Shown: piece after piece, positions 13,661 through 27,907 of the stretch
Layout: each line of letters opens with the position of its first letter
Position numbering within the stretch: the stretch's first letter is position 1
Source of the DNA: Raillietiella orientalis
Taxonomy: Eukaryota
Direction of reading: 5' to 3'
Assembly: GCA_036172245.1 (NCBI GenBank)
Contig: JAYWIR010000034.1
Location: forward strand, 496,001-560,000
DNA: 64,000 bases
The notes under the pieces: generated by a model
Seen by the model: only the letters and a program-made list of their open reading frames with translations
Told to the model about the DNA's origin: nothing
Database searches by the model: none
Program-made: the position numbers and the translations under genes

Positions 13661-13695
13661 TGATCTTCTTCCTGATCTTAAGATCAAGAAGATCA
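13661..13695. repeat. Nested quasi-palindrome
   Basis: TGATCTTCT-tcc-TGATCTT|AAGATCA-AGAAGATCA: 16 pairs with one 3-nt bulge. Confidence 0.85.
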
Positions 13696-15343
13696 CCGGT
13701 TCGGAGTCATGAGTATTTTAACGAAACACAAAATGAATCACGTGGTTAACTTGGAGCTAACCATGCTCTGCCCCCTCCCTGCTTTTTTAATCCCCTTTCG
13801 AAGCCTCCTGACACTCTCGGAAATCCTAATGTGGTCCTCAGGATTCGTGTCCCCATATGCATACTAGGGAGAGGCACACATGCAGCACCTCCGACACACA
13901 TGCATGTGCGCAAATTCCTGAGGGAAAGGATGGACATCTGGGCACTCTTCTTGTACTTTCCTATTTGCATCAGGATTTGGAACTTCCACCTTATAGTGGA
14001 AAAGAGAATGCACCTTATGGGTGCATTCTCTTTTTCATGGGACCTTCCAAAGGCTTTATGAAAAAATTGGAGAACCGTTTCTACAACACGCACGGTTGAC
14101 CTTCCCTCTGGGAGAACAACAAGCTGCCGCCAATTCTGAAAAGCGGACCAAGACCAAAGAGACGAAAATAACAGCGGAACGAAAGAAGTCACGTGTTTCT
14201 GGCTGCTTGGGGAGTCTCGCACCAAACGGGACTGCAGCCCTCCTTCCAAAACGAAACTCTGGAAGCGGACTGCTCCCACCGAGTCGAAGACTTGGCAGGT
14301 TTCGGTTCGTATAGAGCAGATGAAACTTCCACCAGCTATCGAGCTTCTGGAGAGCAAGAAGGAAGAAAACATCCCAGCTTTCAAGCAAAATGAGGTAGTC
14401 GCTTTGTGCTGATGCAGCCCTCGCCAAGCAAAAGGAAAAGAACGGTTCGTTCAACTGACCCCTTGCGAGAAAGAATCTCTGCTCTTCGGCGTGACAAGCC
14501 TGAAACCGGAAAATTCCTCTTTTGTTATTCCACAGGCGCAGCAGTCGTTTGCCACAAGCAGAAATCGAAGCCCTGCGGTTCGAACTGGCCATCCGGTTTG
14601 CAGTCTGCAACCCTGGATCCACTGCATGCTTCTTTCGACAAATTAACGGTTCCTTCCTTGAATCCTTTGGCTTAAGCAACGGTGCTCAGGAGAATTCCGG
14701 GAAGGAATCGGTGTCAGCAAAAACCTAACGCGGATGGACCCCTTTTGGGTGCGACTTCAAAGAGCCTAGGAGACTACCGAGAGGATCGGAAAGAGAGTCT
14801 AAACTCCTTCTCCTTCTCCAAGAAAAGAAGTTTGGCGCTTCGCCTCTTTCCCTTCCACTCGCCTCTAAAAGTCGGTTCCTTGCTTTTTTCCTGTTTCTAC
14901 GCAATAGACAGTCCAAGGCCGGAACCAGCACCTCAGCGAAGATCTCTAAAAAATCTTTCTTGGGATCCAGGAAATGCTCGCCGCTTCATCCACCTGCCTT
15001 CCTCTTGAGGCGCACTCTGCAGTCTTCGTCTGGTTTTCCTCCGAAGGATTTGCTCTTCTGCTCCCGCGCTCCTTTTCCAGCTTCATAAATCCCAGCTCGA
15101 GGAGCTCCTTGTATCGGTCCAATACATGGGGCTGCTGTGGTCTATCGTAAAGCATCACAGGGAAAAGAAGAAATCATCGCAAGAACGAGTCAAAAGACAG
15201 AGCTGAGCTAGTCAGCAACAGAGTAGGTCGAGAGACTGGAGACTCGAAAGGAGCAAGGAAGTAGGCTGCTGAGAGGGAGCTCTTGGGTGGAGATTCGACG
15301 GAAAGAGAGAGAAAACTCTGCTGAGGCACGTGCAGAGTGCAGA

Positions 15344-15376
15344 GTTCATTGAGACACTCAAAGTGTCTCAATGAAC
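15344..15376. repeat. Perfect 15-bp inverted repeat with 3-nt loop
   Basis: GTTCATTGAGACACT-CAA-AGTGTCTCAATGAAC. Confidence 0.95.
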
Positions 15377-18300
15377 AGAAGTGGAGTGTAGAAGAAGGAA
15401 GCAGAGACCTAGGAGCAAGTGAAGAACTTCGTGAGGAGGGGGTCGGATGCAAAATCCCAAGCGGAAGGCTTTGTACGCGGAAGGAGAACTGACCACACGG
15501 TGGCCTCACAGGGGTGAAGTCGACAGCAAGCGTGGTACGGAAGAAAAGGCTCGTTGCCCGAGAGATGCGACCACACTTCGGTGTCCGATCCCGAGAGAAT
15601 GAAGGGACAGTTCGTCAATCTGCAATAAACAGGGTGGGATGGGAAACCCAGAATGAACCTACGCTCCCTCTTCCGTATGCTCCCTTGAGGGACCTCCGAT
15701 TGGCTACCAGCATGGCTTTGGAAGGAAAGCTCCAAACAGCCGAAGATGGGAAGCTTCCCGTCAAGGGCTTCCCATATAATGAGCAAAGGTACAAGAATAC
15801 GATGAATCTGCAAGCCTCCTTTCCCACTGCTTCATATCCTCTTTGTTTCTTCCGTGCATGGGAGTGCAGGTGACAAATCCCAAAGAGGCTGCACTCAAGA
15901 GATCCGGAGAAGATCACGAAGAGAGTCCTCCTGAAGTACGTTGGAAAAAGGGACGGGTACATGTGAAGCTCTCGAGATGGAAGGAGAGGTCCTCGCTCAG
16001 CTTGGCGGGAGTGAACTAGTTCTTTTTTCACCTGCACTCGGTGAACCCGGTTTCCAGGGCTCTTGCAGTTCACTGGGCCTTTCGCGTCCGCCTTCCATTC
16101 ACCTCTGCTGAGAAGCACCCATTCCCTTCGGGCTGAGAGCCTCTCAAAACTGGGATTCCTTCTGACAGACTCTCACAGCATGGGAACAGAATTAGCGTTT
16201 TCACAAATGCCATCCTTCTTTCTGTCTTGCTGCCACGCCCCCGGTTTGCCTTTTTCTCAATACGTCATGGATGCTATGGCAGTGCGAGGAGGATAAAGGT
16301 TACAAGGAGGGGACTGCTCTCCGTCCCCTCGTCAGCGTTCAGAAGACTTCGATTTCCTTGATGACAGTACCATCTCATACAGGGGTCATATGGAGTCAAT
16401 GGGGTTAGATGAATGGTAACGGCATTGAGAAGGAACTGTTTCTCGTGTCATTGCTTGACATGACAGTGACAAATCCCGACGAAGAGCCAAGCACTCCTCT
16501 AGGTTTCGGAGTATCTGTCTTTCAGATGAGTGAAAGAGACGGAAGGCTGCTGCCCTCGTGAGGAGAAAGGAGGCTCCAAAGACATGTTTCGTGCTTGCGA
16601 GTTTAGGAAGACTCGCCTCTCCGGCCTCTTTTGAGAAGGGTACCAATAGAGACCTAGGACGAAGGCAGCCTTCAGAAGCACCTCCTTGATCGTCGGAGGA
16701 AGTATCTTCCGACGCAGGATTCTTTAATGGGAAACTCCAGAAGTGTTCTTTGAGAGGAAGGTGGCCCTGGAGTTTCCCTGGGCAAGGAGTAAATAGACCT
16801 TTTATTTAAAAGGCTATGAGACTTCTCTGAATCTTGCAGAAGGGAGGTAAAAGAGAAAGGGGCTTTCGTGCCGTTTCAGAGAGAGCAGGTCTCTGAGAAA
16901 AGAGTGAGAACTAGAGAAACTGTAATCTAGAGAGAGTTCCCTGATATGTTCTGCGGTATCCCTTTGTTCTTCAGAGCATATCTTAGTTCCCTTGCTTGAG
17001 GTTCTGTCGCTCGTGGAGTAGCCTACTTGAAGACAACGGAAACCATGTCGACGGTTCTTTCAATCTTTTTTGTTTGGAAGCAATGCTTCCGTCATTTCTG
17101 CTACCTCTGTTCTTGAACACTGCTCACTATCTCTTTCTCTCTCTTTGCTTGGAGCTTTTCGCATCATGGAGCTCGTTGCTTCTAGCATCAGCAACTTTCT
17201 TGCTCAAGAGGAACGGCCGCAACCGCTGGGAAGGTCACTACATCGCCAGTGGTCCATTATTGCGAGCAAGGATGCCAGTATCAGAAACATCAAGAAAATT
17301 TTTCGTGTTAAGTGTTTTCTGTATTTGGAATATCCTGAGATGCTCCAGAGTCTCTCGTCAGAAAGAGCCAGGACTGAGCTCTTTGAAGAGAAGGATCCTC
17401 GGGAAAAAAAATGGAACTGAGTTCGTTCTGCAACTATCTCTCAAGGAGGAAGTTTCCTGGAAAGCATCTTGTGAAACCTCTCAGCTATCGATCTCCTCGT
17501 GTTTCCCCAAGATGTTGGCTTGGTTTGGATTGAGTGGGATTACAGAGTGAAACTTATTTCATCTTCCAGTTCAACTTTTACTTTCCAAAGATCGAATGCT
17601 AGCGGGGCAAGAGAGGCAGCCGAAAACGGGGCTTTCCAGCGTGCTGGCTTGAGGAGACGATGCGTGGGGACCGACTTTGGCCAGAGGGACATTCAGTGGC
17701 TCCAGTGCAAGCAGCCCTTCCTTTCGTTCTGAGAATCAGATTCTCTTCTCACTCTGAGTTCTCCGCAACAGCTTCCGAAGGAGTTTTCTTTCTTTTCGGT
17801 GTAGCTTGGCCGACGAAAAAGCACATTCGCGTACAGAGCATGCGGATGTCGATCGCATTCTTCGAACCGGAGCGAAAGGAAATGCTCATACGCTCAAGGA
17901 TGGAATCTCTTGAGACAAGCGAGCTTCTCCTTTTGATGAACGATATTTAGACAATCACAGCTTCCCCTGAGCAGCGTGGTTTTCGTTGCTTCACACACTT
18001 AAGGGAAAAAAAGTGGGGGAGAGGTGGCATCGGCAGCCATAAGGAGAACCGATCGATCCACTTTGCGAGTGAGAAACACCAGCCTCTCCTCTCCGTGAGA
18101 TTTCTATTTGATTCCGTGATTCGAAATTTACGAAGATTCCTCATTAGCGCTTCCCCCAGCGATGATGCGAGCGATTTCGATTTTCCATCGAACTGGAAGG
18201 AGCGGTCGGATAAAAGAACTCGCACAAAACGCGTTCAACTTGGAATCGAGAACACCGCAGACAAGAAGGACCGTTCTCTCTCCTTCTCGTCCAAGAAGAC

Positions 18301-21300
18301 CAGCAGGTCTTCACTCTCTCTGCTGGTGTGCTTTGTTTCCGGTACCGACGAGAGTACGTTCGCTCTGTTTCCAGTAGGGCATTCCGTATACAGGAAAGTC
18401 CACACTGCTTCGTCTGCAGCGCACTTTTGTCTGCACAAGGAAACACTCTAGCGGTAAGACCTGCAGGTAAGAGATGCAAAACTTCTCTCTCATTGCACAC
18501 GCTGCAAACTGCGTCACCAGTAGTTGTTAAGAAAGCGAGAGCTGCGGGGAAGGAAAGCCATGAGATTTAGAATTCGGCACATCAATGGAGAGAGTGCATG
18601 CAAGCATAGTACGATGATCCGTGACGATTGCATCACCTACACAGTTCACCTGGCAATTATCAAAAAGTACGAGGGGGACAGCTCTAAAAAGTAGGGAGGG
18701 GGGGAGATTCGTTCATTCCTAAGTTTCCTTAGAAAAGAGAATTCATCTCGATCCTGATCGAAAAGATTTAACACCATCTAAGATCTCCAAGCGGATCTCA
18801 CAACATCGCATATACGTTTAGCGTAAGTGCTTTTGAAAGCGTCGCACTCTCATCATGCTTCGTTGCCATAGAGATCCTCAATTTCTCACCTACTCCGATG
18901 AGAACGAGCAACCCACTGGCAGATTTGTGAGTGCAGCAGTTCTTCGGATGCATGCTGTCGGAAACCGGACATCATTTGTTGCGCCGTCTGACCTTAGACT
19001 TTGATCTTAGCCAAAAGCTGACCTTAGATGTCCACCCCAAGCTGACTTTAGCAGCTCCGGTGCACTTAGTTTTCAGAAATGGAGGCCATTTTCGAATGCT
19101 TTTGTCGCTCTTCCATTACAGAGCAGAAGAGCGTCGAAAATCAATAGCGATTTGCGATCAAAGGAGGCTTTCACGGGTCTACGCCGTACTGGTGCCGGTA
19201 TTCGCATCATCTTCAATTATCCACTCACTGCACTGTTTCTCAAAACATCCGAACCAGATCTGTAGTTACCCTCGGATCTATAGTGGCTTTAAAATGGCGA
19301 TCACTCGTGTTTTCTTCTCACACAAAGCGAGTGGAGAAATTATTTTGTTTCCATGGATCAGCGCTGGAGATATTTCATTCCCACTTACAGCATCCTGTGG
19401 CTCCACATCTGCGAAGCTAGGTTTTATGATGAGCATCCTCAGCTGCTGCTTACCATTCGCTAGTTGAGTGTTTCGTGCTAATACGGATTCATTCCTGCTC
19501 AGACTTATGCATCTCTACGAAAACTGCTTCAAGGTCTTTCGCCTCCGGTAATAGTAATCCTCACCTGTGTTATCGTGATTCGCAATGAACGAGCACTTTA
19601 ATATGACTGTCGCACACTTTTCTTCTTGTAATCTTGCTTGCAACCCTTCCTTCGAATCCATGCTGCGGACTTGCTTTCCTTTTGCACTGGAGCTCAGCAT
19701 TTATCCTCTCATCATTGACCGATTCGCATTGATCTTCCCATTTTCCTACTGAATTTCTTTTCTTCCCAGCTGGAGAGAAGCATTTGAGAGAAATCTGCTC
19801 CTAGAAACACGTGGTTACTTTTCCACCGTGCCAGGAACAAAGAGCATGGATTTATAGTGCATCGCTTCATGTTGCACAAATAAAATTCTGCTCACTGCAC
19901 TCTTATGCCTCATAACAACCTTTTGCACTTACAGGAAAGACTGTTCATTTATTCACGCCTTCGTTTTCATGTTTTGTTTCCATAGGATGCTTCATACCAT
20001 GAACAGAAAAGAAAACGATGTCAGAACGGCTGCGTTATGAAAGAAGACAAAATCATCTGATGGATATCAACAAAATGCACTCCTTTTGCATTGAGGATCT
20101 ATCCTCCTTTTTCCTTCCAGATCACAACAGAATATCGGAGATGAAAAGTTTTTCCTAATCAAGTTTTTCCTCGGGTCTTCCCAATCATTCGATTTTTTTT
20201 TCATATGGGAAATGGGCGAGGAAATTTGAAACTCCTGGGTTGACGAATCCAACCCAAGTTGCTGGCGTAAGGCGGGAGTATCTTCCAAGCGCGAATAAAG
20301 TGTGTTGAAGCTACCTTGGATGTAACGGTAAAGTTTCTTCTCGTAGCGACCAAGGGAGATGCGGGCATGTCTTCGAATTTATCTTTGACCCTTGATTAAC
20401 CTTTGTGGAAAAATCGAAAAGGAAAAATGCCTCGCTCGTTCTGATTTATTCAAACAACTACATGCTACGAGTAACTGTGAAGGCTTGTTGTACAAAGATT
20501 TTCAGCTGTTTATTCGATCACAGTTCGCGTAGGCAAAGCTCTTTGTAGCAAACACTGAATTTTAGAGGGAGAAGGAAGCAGACTATGCGCAGTGTTCTTC
20601 GCTGCAATGATTAACCATCCCTTGTCAACGATGCAGAATTTTCGTCAAGATAAACTATGTGGTCTGTTGGTATTCTGCATCGACCACAGTGCATGGTGAA
20701 GATAAAGATCGAGTCTTCAGACGTGCACTGGATGATGCCGATGCATGCTTCCGCTGAGTGTGCTCAGAAAAAAGAAATGTTATGCAATATTCCCATCAAA
20801 TCCCTTTCTTCTCACGTTGTCATCGGTGAAACATGGGTCAGCGATTTCTGAGCTTGGCGATGACATTCCCAAGATGTAGTACGACCACATAAGCTAGCTG
20901 TTATGTTCTTCCACATCAGACTATTCCGTAGACGCATATCTTTCACTGCTCAGCAGTTGTGAACATATCCAGTCGCATCACCAAGCAGAAGGAGATTTGA
21001 AGCTGACTTGACATAATGAACCATCTACCGCGCAGATAAGCTGGGCTACTCTGATTTGATGGAATCGAGTTTGCTCTCGAGTCCAATGGAAAATGCTGAG
21101 TCAGGGATGCATTTTTACAAATCTCTGATGAAGGTTTCAGAATAGAAATGGCCGCTGCAATGTGGAAAGATCCCGCACCCATCGTGAAAGGTGAACTGTA
21201 AACTTTGCTGCTGCCAAAAAAAATGAAAAATAAGTAACATCCCTTACGAGGTCTCACATTGCATATTGGAAAACTGCAATCTGCTTCAGTGTGTTACTTT

Positions 21301-24300
21301 GATTGCAGCGGCCGTAGATGGAGCCTCAGCACCTCTTTCACCTTTATCTGTCACGAGGTGTTCATTTAATCCCAAAAAGAATGAGGTGGATTAAATGTCG
21401 AACTCAAAAAATGTAATCTCTGTTCCTATGCTGTTCCTAAGCGGCAGTAAAAACTGATCGACAGATTGCTTGTCAGCAAATTCCATATGGTTATTATTTC
21501 TTGCTATTATTCCATATGCTAAAGTAAACTACCTTCCTGATATGAGGAAGCTATAATAGTTTATTGAGGTAGGGCCCATATCCCATTGTGAGTAGATGCA
21601 CAAGAGAACTTTAGTTTCTTAGGACAGCAAATTGATTCCTAGCACCACTTAAAATGGGCTCCATACCTTTGAACGTTATGACGATTCAAGCAGATGTCAA
21701 ACCGTGACTTCATAGAAGTGTGACCAAGATTGAATTTCCTCACTAGCAAGCTGAATCGAAACATCCCACAAAACATCTCAGCCTGTCATCATGCATCACG
21801 TGGGTGCGGAAAGGAGCTAAAATATTGCTTGAGATTGAGACTTTGATTAAAATAGTTGTTCCTTTAAATGTCCCTATCCTCTTCCGAGGATGGAGGGCTG
21901 AAATGCTCACTTGATGGTGAGAAAAGGACTTGTGTTTCAAGAGTCTGTCAACAGCGCCTTTGTTCTCACACCAGCATCTAACACCAGTGAATGCCGTAAG
22001 AGATCATGGAACTTTTCACACGGTTGACGCACTTTTCTTCACACCTCTTATAACTTGATCTTGAGCTTGCATCAGTCATCTTCGGAGTTAATTTTTCTGG
22101 TAACTATGACATTTTCATTCTGGAATAGAGACTTCCTCTTCTAAGGCTAGTAATGACCGCGCCACGCGCCAACTTTACTGCTACTGCTACCAAGGGTGAT
22201 CATTTGTGATCCATATGGATTTGCAAGTTTTGCCTGCCGGTCACTCACAGAATCTTTACAATAGTTGGAAACTCGGGAAGTAAACTCAGTCTTATTCTTC
22301 AAGAGCTGCTTTGAAATGCTCCTTTGAAATTCTGTACATGCTCTCAAGGGTACACTTATCTGATCGAGACACCGTGATCAAGGAAGTCCTAGGCAGATAA
22401 CGTCGCCAAGAAATACACGTGCATATGAAACAGTAAAATAAGAAGTAGCAAGCATTTTTAAATAAATAAAAATCCAATTTGCAGATGCAGGAATTCATGG
22501 AAGCAACGTGATCACTGATTCAAATTCAGCACTTTAAGCGTCCACGAAACAGAGCACCAACTTTCAAAAATACTTTTTCTTGTTTTCAATCTTCGATGGG
22601 AAGTAGAAGTGAGGTTGTTTTCTTCGACACAACTGCGATCAAAGCAAACACTGAGTAGAAATCCCAAAGCGTTTTCATGGCACCTACGACGAAGTTCGAG
22701 CTCTCAGCAGAAAATCAACAGAAAGGAACCAGAAAGGCACAAATACCAGAAAGAGGGAGATACTTGTCATGCCCCGTAATTCGCAAAGGCCATTGAAACA
22801 GGAGCAGGAAGTTTTTAGGAAGCAGTTCTTGCTTCCTGGAAACCTCCTGCAAGTTGAGAAAAGGTCACGACTCCGTGAGTGAAGTTGACATCCGTGAATA
22901 GGGGTCTTGCATTGATGCAGATCACTCTCTATGCGAAGTCGCTCGCCTGCAGGATCGAAGATGTTCAGGAACGATGGAAACAGGGAATGCATTTTGGAAT
23001 CGTTGCAAGCACGATCTTACGAGAGTTCATCAAGTGAGGAGGTTTGCGCACGGTCAAGCATCCCGGAGGTCGCGTTATCTTATCACTCACGCATTCGAGC
23101 AAAGAGGATTGTAAAGAGGCCAGTGTCAGTCGGGTCATCGGACTTGTTTTCTTCTGTTCAGGAAGAATTCTGCCTCCATTCCAACAGTCTGCGCAATTCG
23201 TAAGAGACAAATGAACGCACATCTTGATGGTTTGGAGACTGGCAGCAGCTTAGAATGGAACTCACGACAGCAAACATGTTTGGGCTTTTGGAAAGAATAT
23301 GACTCTCGTGAAATGGTGGAGCAAAAGGAAAGTGAAAACAACTCCAGCAAGATTTGTAGCTTTCCTATTTTTTGCCCGCGTGTCTCTGAGAGGCCAAAAT
23401 ATCTGTGATCACTTTAGGTACTCGGAGATCAACGCAGAGAGTAAGTTGCGAAAGTTTTCTCTCAAAAATCTGATCCGAAAGACGGAAGAGCGGGTTTTTG
23501 TTTTGATCAAAATGAAATAAAAAGTCAAATTCGAGTTTTCTGTTTTTTCGCCAATGTAATAGAGCAGAAAACCGTTAGAAGAGAATGAGAGCATCAGCAG
23601 CACCTCTCTCGTCCCACGAAACATTCAGTCTTAGATGTGGACCGAACGCAACAGAAGCAGAAATGTGATGGTTCGTTGCGCTGACATTGAGAAATGGAGG
23701 CTGCAGCACAAACGGTTTAAGAAGACCTTCTGTTGCAATCGTTAATTTCTACTCCAGGGACTCCGAAACTGCTGATTTCTTCTGCCAGGATGTTCTGATA
23801 ATGATTCCAGTCTCCCAGAGAAACAACTTTCCAGAATGCATTAACCATAGGAGGGGTTGACAGCAAGGTCACAAGAGCAACGTGGACAATACACAGGTTT
23901 TTTGTCCAGTTCCAAAGGTGGATGATGAGCTCGTCAGCTCGGATGCATCTCAGAGTAGATCAAAAGGGTGGAAATAGGAGGCATTCTGCCTTATTTATTG
24001 AACTCAATTGATTCCTATTCCAGGGCTTGATTGCAATCAATTGCCTTCTTGAATAAAGGATCGCCTTTGAAGACGATTCGAGTTATTAGAGAAACAAACA
24101 TTGCGGCCTTATGGAGTGTGGAGAACCGAATTAGCACTGTCTTTTAGCTCGAAAAACACTTTGCTATTTTTACAATGGGGTGAAAATGTGAAAGTTGGCG
24201 GAACTGTTTGGGGGAAAAATCCTGGTGAGTGTAAACCTCGAAGGAAAAGGAAGGAATCGAGCCCACAAATGCATTTCGTGGAACTGGGTCTACGGTGCCT

Positions 24301-26945
24301 CTTCTCGTTTTCGCCCTTGAACTCTGATGAAAGGGATCTCGTCCCATTTTCCCAATGAGGCCAGTAGTAGAGTACGCACTTCCAGAACAATCTGCCATTC
24401 CATAATCTAATTGGTTTGCAATCGCTGGCAAGTTAGAACTTGCTGGAATGTCACCGAAATATAAGAAATTGATTTCTCACCCCTTAATTATTTATCGAGT
24501 AAGCAGAAGAATAAATGACCCTCGTCGCAGCATGGCTGGGATAATGTAAAAGAGAAAAATGATTTCAGCGCTCGCAGCCACGGCACATCCAAGGAGAGAA
24601 GAAACTCATTTTCCCGTGGCTGAAAACTTTGCGCGACCACAACCTGGATGGCATGTGTTCTTCCAGATCCCGTTCCCAGTACTTTTGCACAACTGGATGC
24701 ATTTCAGCAAGAATTGGCGGCACCTGATCTTTGCGAATGAAAGCTTCCGTTTCCTGAACTAATCATCAGGTCAAGCGGATGCGCAGATGAATGGACTTGG
24801 AAAATGAACCCTCGAGCTAGCACAGACATTACACATGAACTGTACACTATTATATTTCATCATCACGATTTTCTAAATGTAACACTGAAAGTGTCGCTGT
24901 ATTCTGTATTTGTAATAAATGCATTGTCCATTTTTCACTGGTGATTTCCATGATTTACTCCTTCTGCCTATCTTGTAATTATTAAGCAGCCGTTTTCTTT
25001 ATTTAGGCTGTATAACTCTTTTCGGAGTTCCATTTGATTAGAGCCTCCAGATGATGGTTGCTGCAAGCCACCCATCCGATCTGTGCTCCCTACTGCAAAA
25101 TCATGAGTGAGTGCATCAATCTCACTGCTTACTGTTCCCGCTGCAGATGATTGACTTCTGGGGAGATTTTCTGGACTCTATAACATTCACCACATAGGAG
25201 TATTAGCAGTGAGGTGTCTTTTGAATAGTTTAGCAATGAATTCCTAAGAACGCAGCTACAAAAGATGACTTCTTGTTTTTTATTCAGAGGAATCTGTCTC
25301 ATTACCAGCTGACTTACTCTATGGCTTGTCTTCTTACAATCCCTCCAACTGATCCTAAAAACTGGAAGTGACTTCGTGGTCTTGAAAACTACAGCACATA
25401 AGGTGAAGTCTTCAAGAATTCTGTTACATCCATATTCAAGACGCCAGCAGCCTCATCTTGAGATTCTTTGCTCCACCCTTTTCCGATATGAAAGCTGCGA
25501 TCTCGCCAATCTGAACCATAAATGGAAGGGAATTGTTCATATTCTTACTCCACGAAGAAAACCTCTGTTTGGTATTACCCCAAGTACTTAATTAGTTTGC
25601 TGACCAAAACGAGATCACTGGTCAGCAAGCGCATTCAGCAGAAAAGGGGTTCCGCAGATGAACAAAATTATCTCTAAGGTATTTGCAGAGAAGGCTCAAC
25701 CGAGATACGGCCCGTGAGCTCATAACGAGAAAAGCAAAAAGCTATGAGAAAGAGGAATAATAATATGAGCAGAAAACTGCAGTAGCGGAATCGATTAGTA
25801 AGAAGTCAAGGAAGCAGGCAGACGCGACTCCGTCTGCAGTGGTACTCAACTCGTTCAGTATGTAGAATGGATTGGTGTATTTGAAAGCCATGAAGAGTGC
25901 TGATGGATTGGGTTGGTTTGTGCACTAGGAAGAGAGTTGAATTCCAAGACTTTCGTAATGCTCTGGACTCAGGAAACAGAAGCAAGGGGAAGGAAAGGAA
26001 TAGCTTGAGCCACCTCAACATCGTGAGTCTTAGCTTTCCTGAAGCGCATCGAAACACCGAAATTTTCATGACGACCGCAGAGCAAATTAGAACTCATAAA
26101 ATCTTTGAGCAAGCTACGATGTGTAGCTACGACTGCGCCATGTTCGAAACTCCACTCTTCTAAAAGGCAGTGCTTGGATATTATTGCCAACAAAAGAGCT
26201 TCTTCGATTCCATTGAAAAGGAAAATTACAGATCAAGCAGTCATCCCATCTCGTTCACTAAAGTACTGTCAATGTGAAAAAGCATCCGTAAGGCTTTGTA
26301 AACATGTTTTGCTCTTATTTCACAATGATAAAATGCGTGTGTGGTTTATCCAGGACTACACTAGAGAGGAAAGAAAAACTGCGCATCAAAAAAGTATCGT
26401 GAAGGCTGAATCAGTTTCCCAAAAGAATGAGCTGCAACCAATTCCGAAAGTAGCATGGCACTCTGGTTACAGATAACATCCTATTTCCGGATGCAAAAAC
26501 GAGAAAATGAGATACTTTCCTAGAGCTTACAGTAGAGAAACAAGAACATTCGCAGAACTTCTTTCTAAAGTAATGAGTTGATGCCCTCATTATTATAGAA
26601 GAGTTAAATGAGCATTAAAGAAAAACCAAGTTTTAGATGCCACTGAAAAAAAAAAAAAAAGTCAACTGACACAGTCTTGGGCAGGTCTAAATAAAATATA
26701 TATGGAGGCAACACGTATTCAAAACATTTGTAAGAAGAAATGAAAAAATGATCCCGAAAGCACAACCTGGGAATTTTGCAACGACCTAGAAAATCGCATT
26801 CATTCTGTGGCTCGTAATCTTGGACAATGGACAATCTTTGGTACGAAACGCGTCTGTTTCTATGGAAGCGAGCAACGAAAATACATCTTGATCAGTGCCT
26901 TAGGCCTGAAGACGAAAAAGATTTACAAATGCATTGCAAACATAC

Positions 26946-27907
26946 CTTAGGTGATTCCTGGGAACACTTCTTATGTCTTTGTAAATCAGCTGAAGGCGCA
27001 ACAAGTCTCCCTTCGTGTTGGGTTCCAGAGTCCATGTATGAGACTCCATATCCAAAAACTCTGTTCTGGAATCTGTATTTAGGGCACTGAGTGGTATAGG
27101 TACTTCACTGATCGGATTAGCTATAAGCATTTCTAACTGGACATGGAGGGTATTCTTGATCAGCAGTTCGGCAAGTCCTGTCTTTAAGCACCAGATATAG
27201 CCTTTTCCTTTGGAATCGGATATGTCATCAATCAAACCGGAATCCACCATTTTGTTCCCCTCTCCTATTAATAGGTAATATTTCACATGGCACTGGTGTT
27301 CTAGTCCCGTATTTCTGCGGAGTTTAATGTCTATTTTGTGATCCATGTGGATGTGCAGGACGATATTCCACTTGAAACCACCATAAAGAAAGGATTCCGT
27401 CTCGAACCTCCTAATTCGCTGGAAGGATGAGGACGAAACTTCTGCTAAACACTCAGGACGCATCGGCAGCTCGTAATCGAATACTGTGCATATATTGGAC
27501 ATCACCAGTTCCATCTGAAACTCCCCATTCACATCACTGAAGTTACCGTTGCACATGTCAGCGTAACTGATGAATCGCTTTATCCCCTGGGCAGGGACCT
27601 CCGTTGTAAACTTCACCTGCTTACCGATGAAACTCTCGTTGTAACTGAAGTGTTCGCAGTTGAGAAGAGTGAAGTTGAAGTCCAGAAAGACTTTCACTCC
27701 TCGGGAGGGATTTTTCCAGATAAGGTAGACACCTAGAAGCTTGTCCGTCCTTGTAAACGCAATGGACCACTTTTGACATCCGAACGTAAACTCTTTGGAT
27801 GTGATCTCTCTGTGCAGGTCTCTCGTCAAGGATTTTGTAACGATGAAGGTAAACACACTTGTCCCGGATTTGTCGTTGAGCTTCACGTAACGACATAATA
27901 AGGCCAT
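26946..27907 (-). CDS. Coding exon 1 (320 codons + 2 nt) of an uncharacterised protein with tandem MATH/TRAF-like domains
   Basis: Only long globular-looking ORF (335 aa). MATH-like patterns recur three times: SKEFTFGCQKWSIAF..LGVYL..FTLLN; ETESFLYGGFKWNIVL; EFLDMESHTWTLEP..LRLQLIY. ATG at 27907 is preceded by in-frame TGA TAG. Donor CTAAG|GTATG at 26946/26945 (phase 2). Domain assignment is by motif recognition, not a database search. Confidence 0.9.

Larger units (their letters stand above)
9375..26945 (-). other. Intron between coding exons 1 and 2 (17.6 kb, GT-AG, phase 2), filled with decayed repeat-like sequence
   Basis: GT at 26945-26944 and AG at 9376-9375 on the minus strand; phases match across the junction. 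Small unrecognised exons cannot be excluded. Confidence 0.75.

Noticed and set aside
18668..18692. Tc1/mariner-like TIR start TACGAGGGGG..AAAAAGT
   Set aside because: No matching opposite end or transposase remnant found.
26900..26945. Single-exon gene ending RYVCNAFVNLFRLQA
   Set aside because: Read-through past a consensus donor; phase-compatible downstream exons continue the domain.
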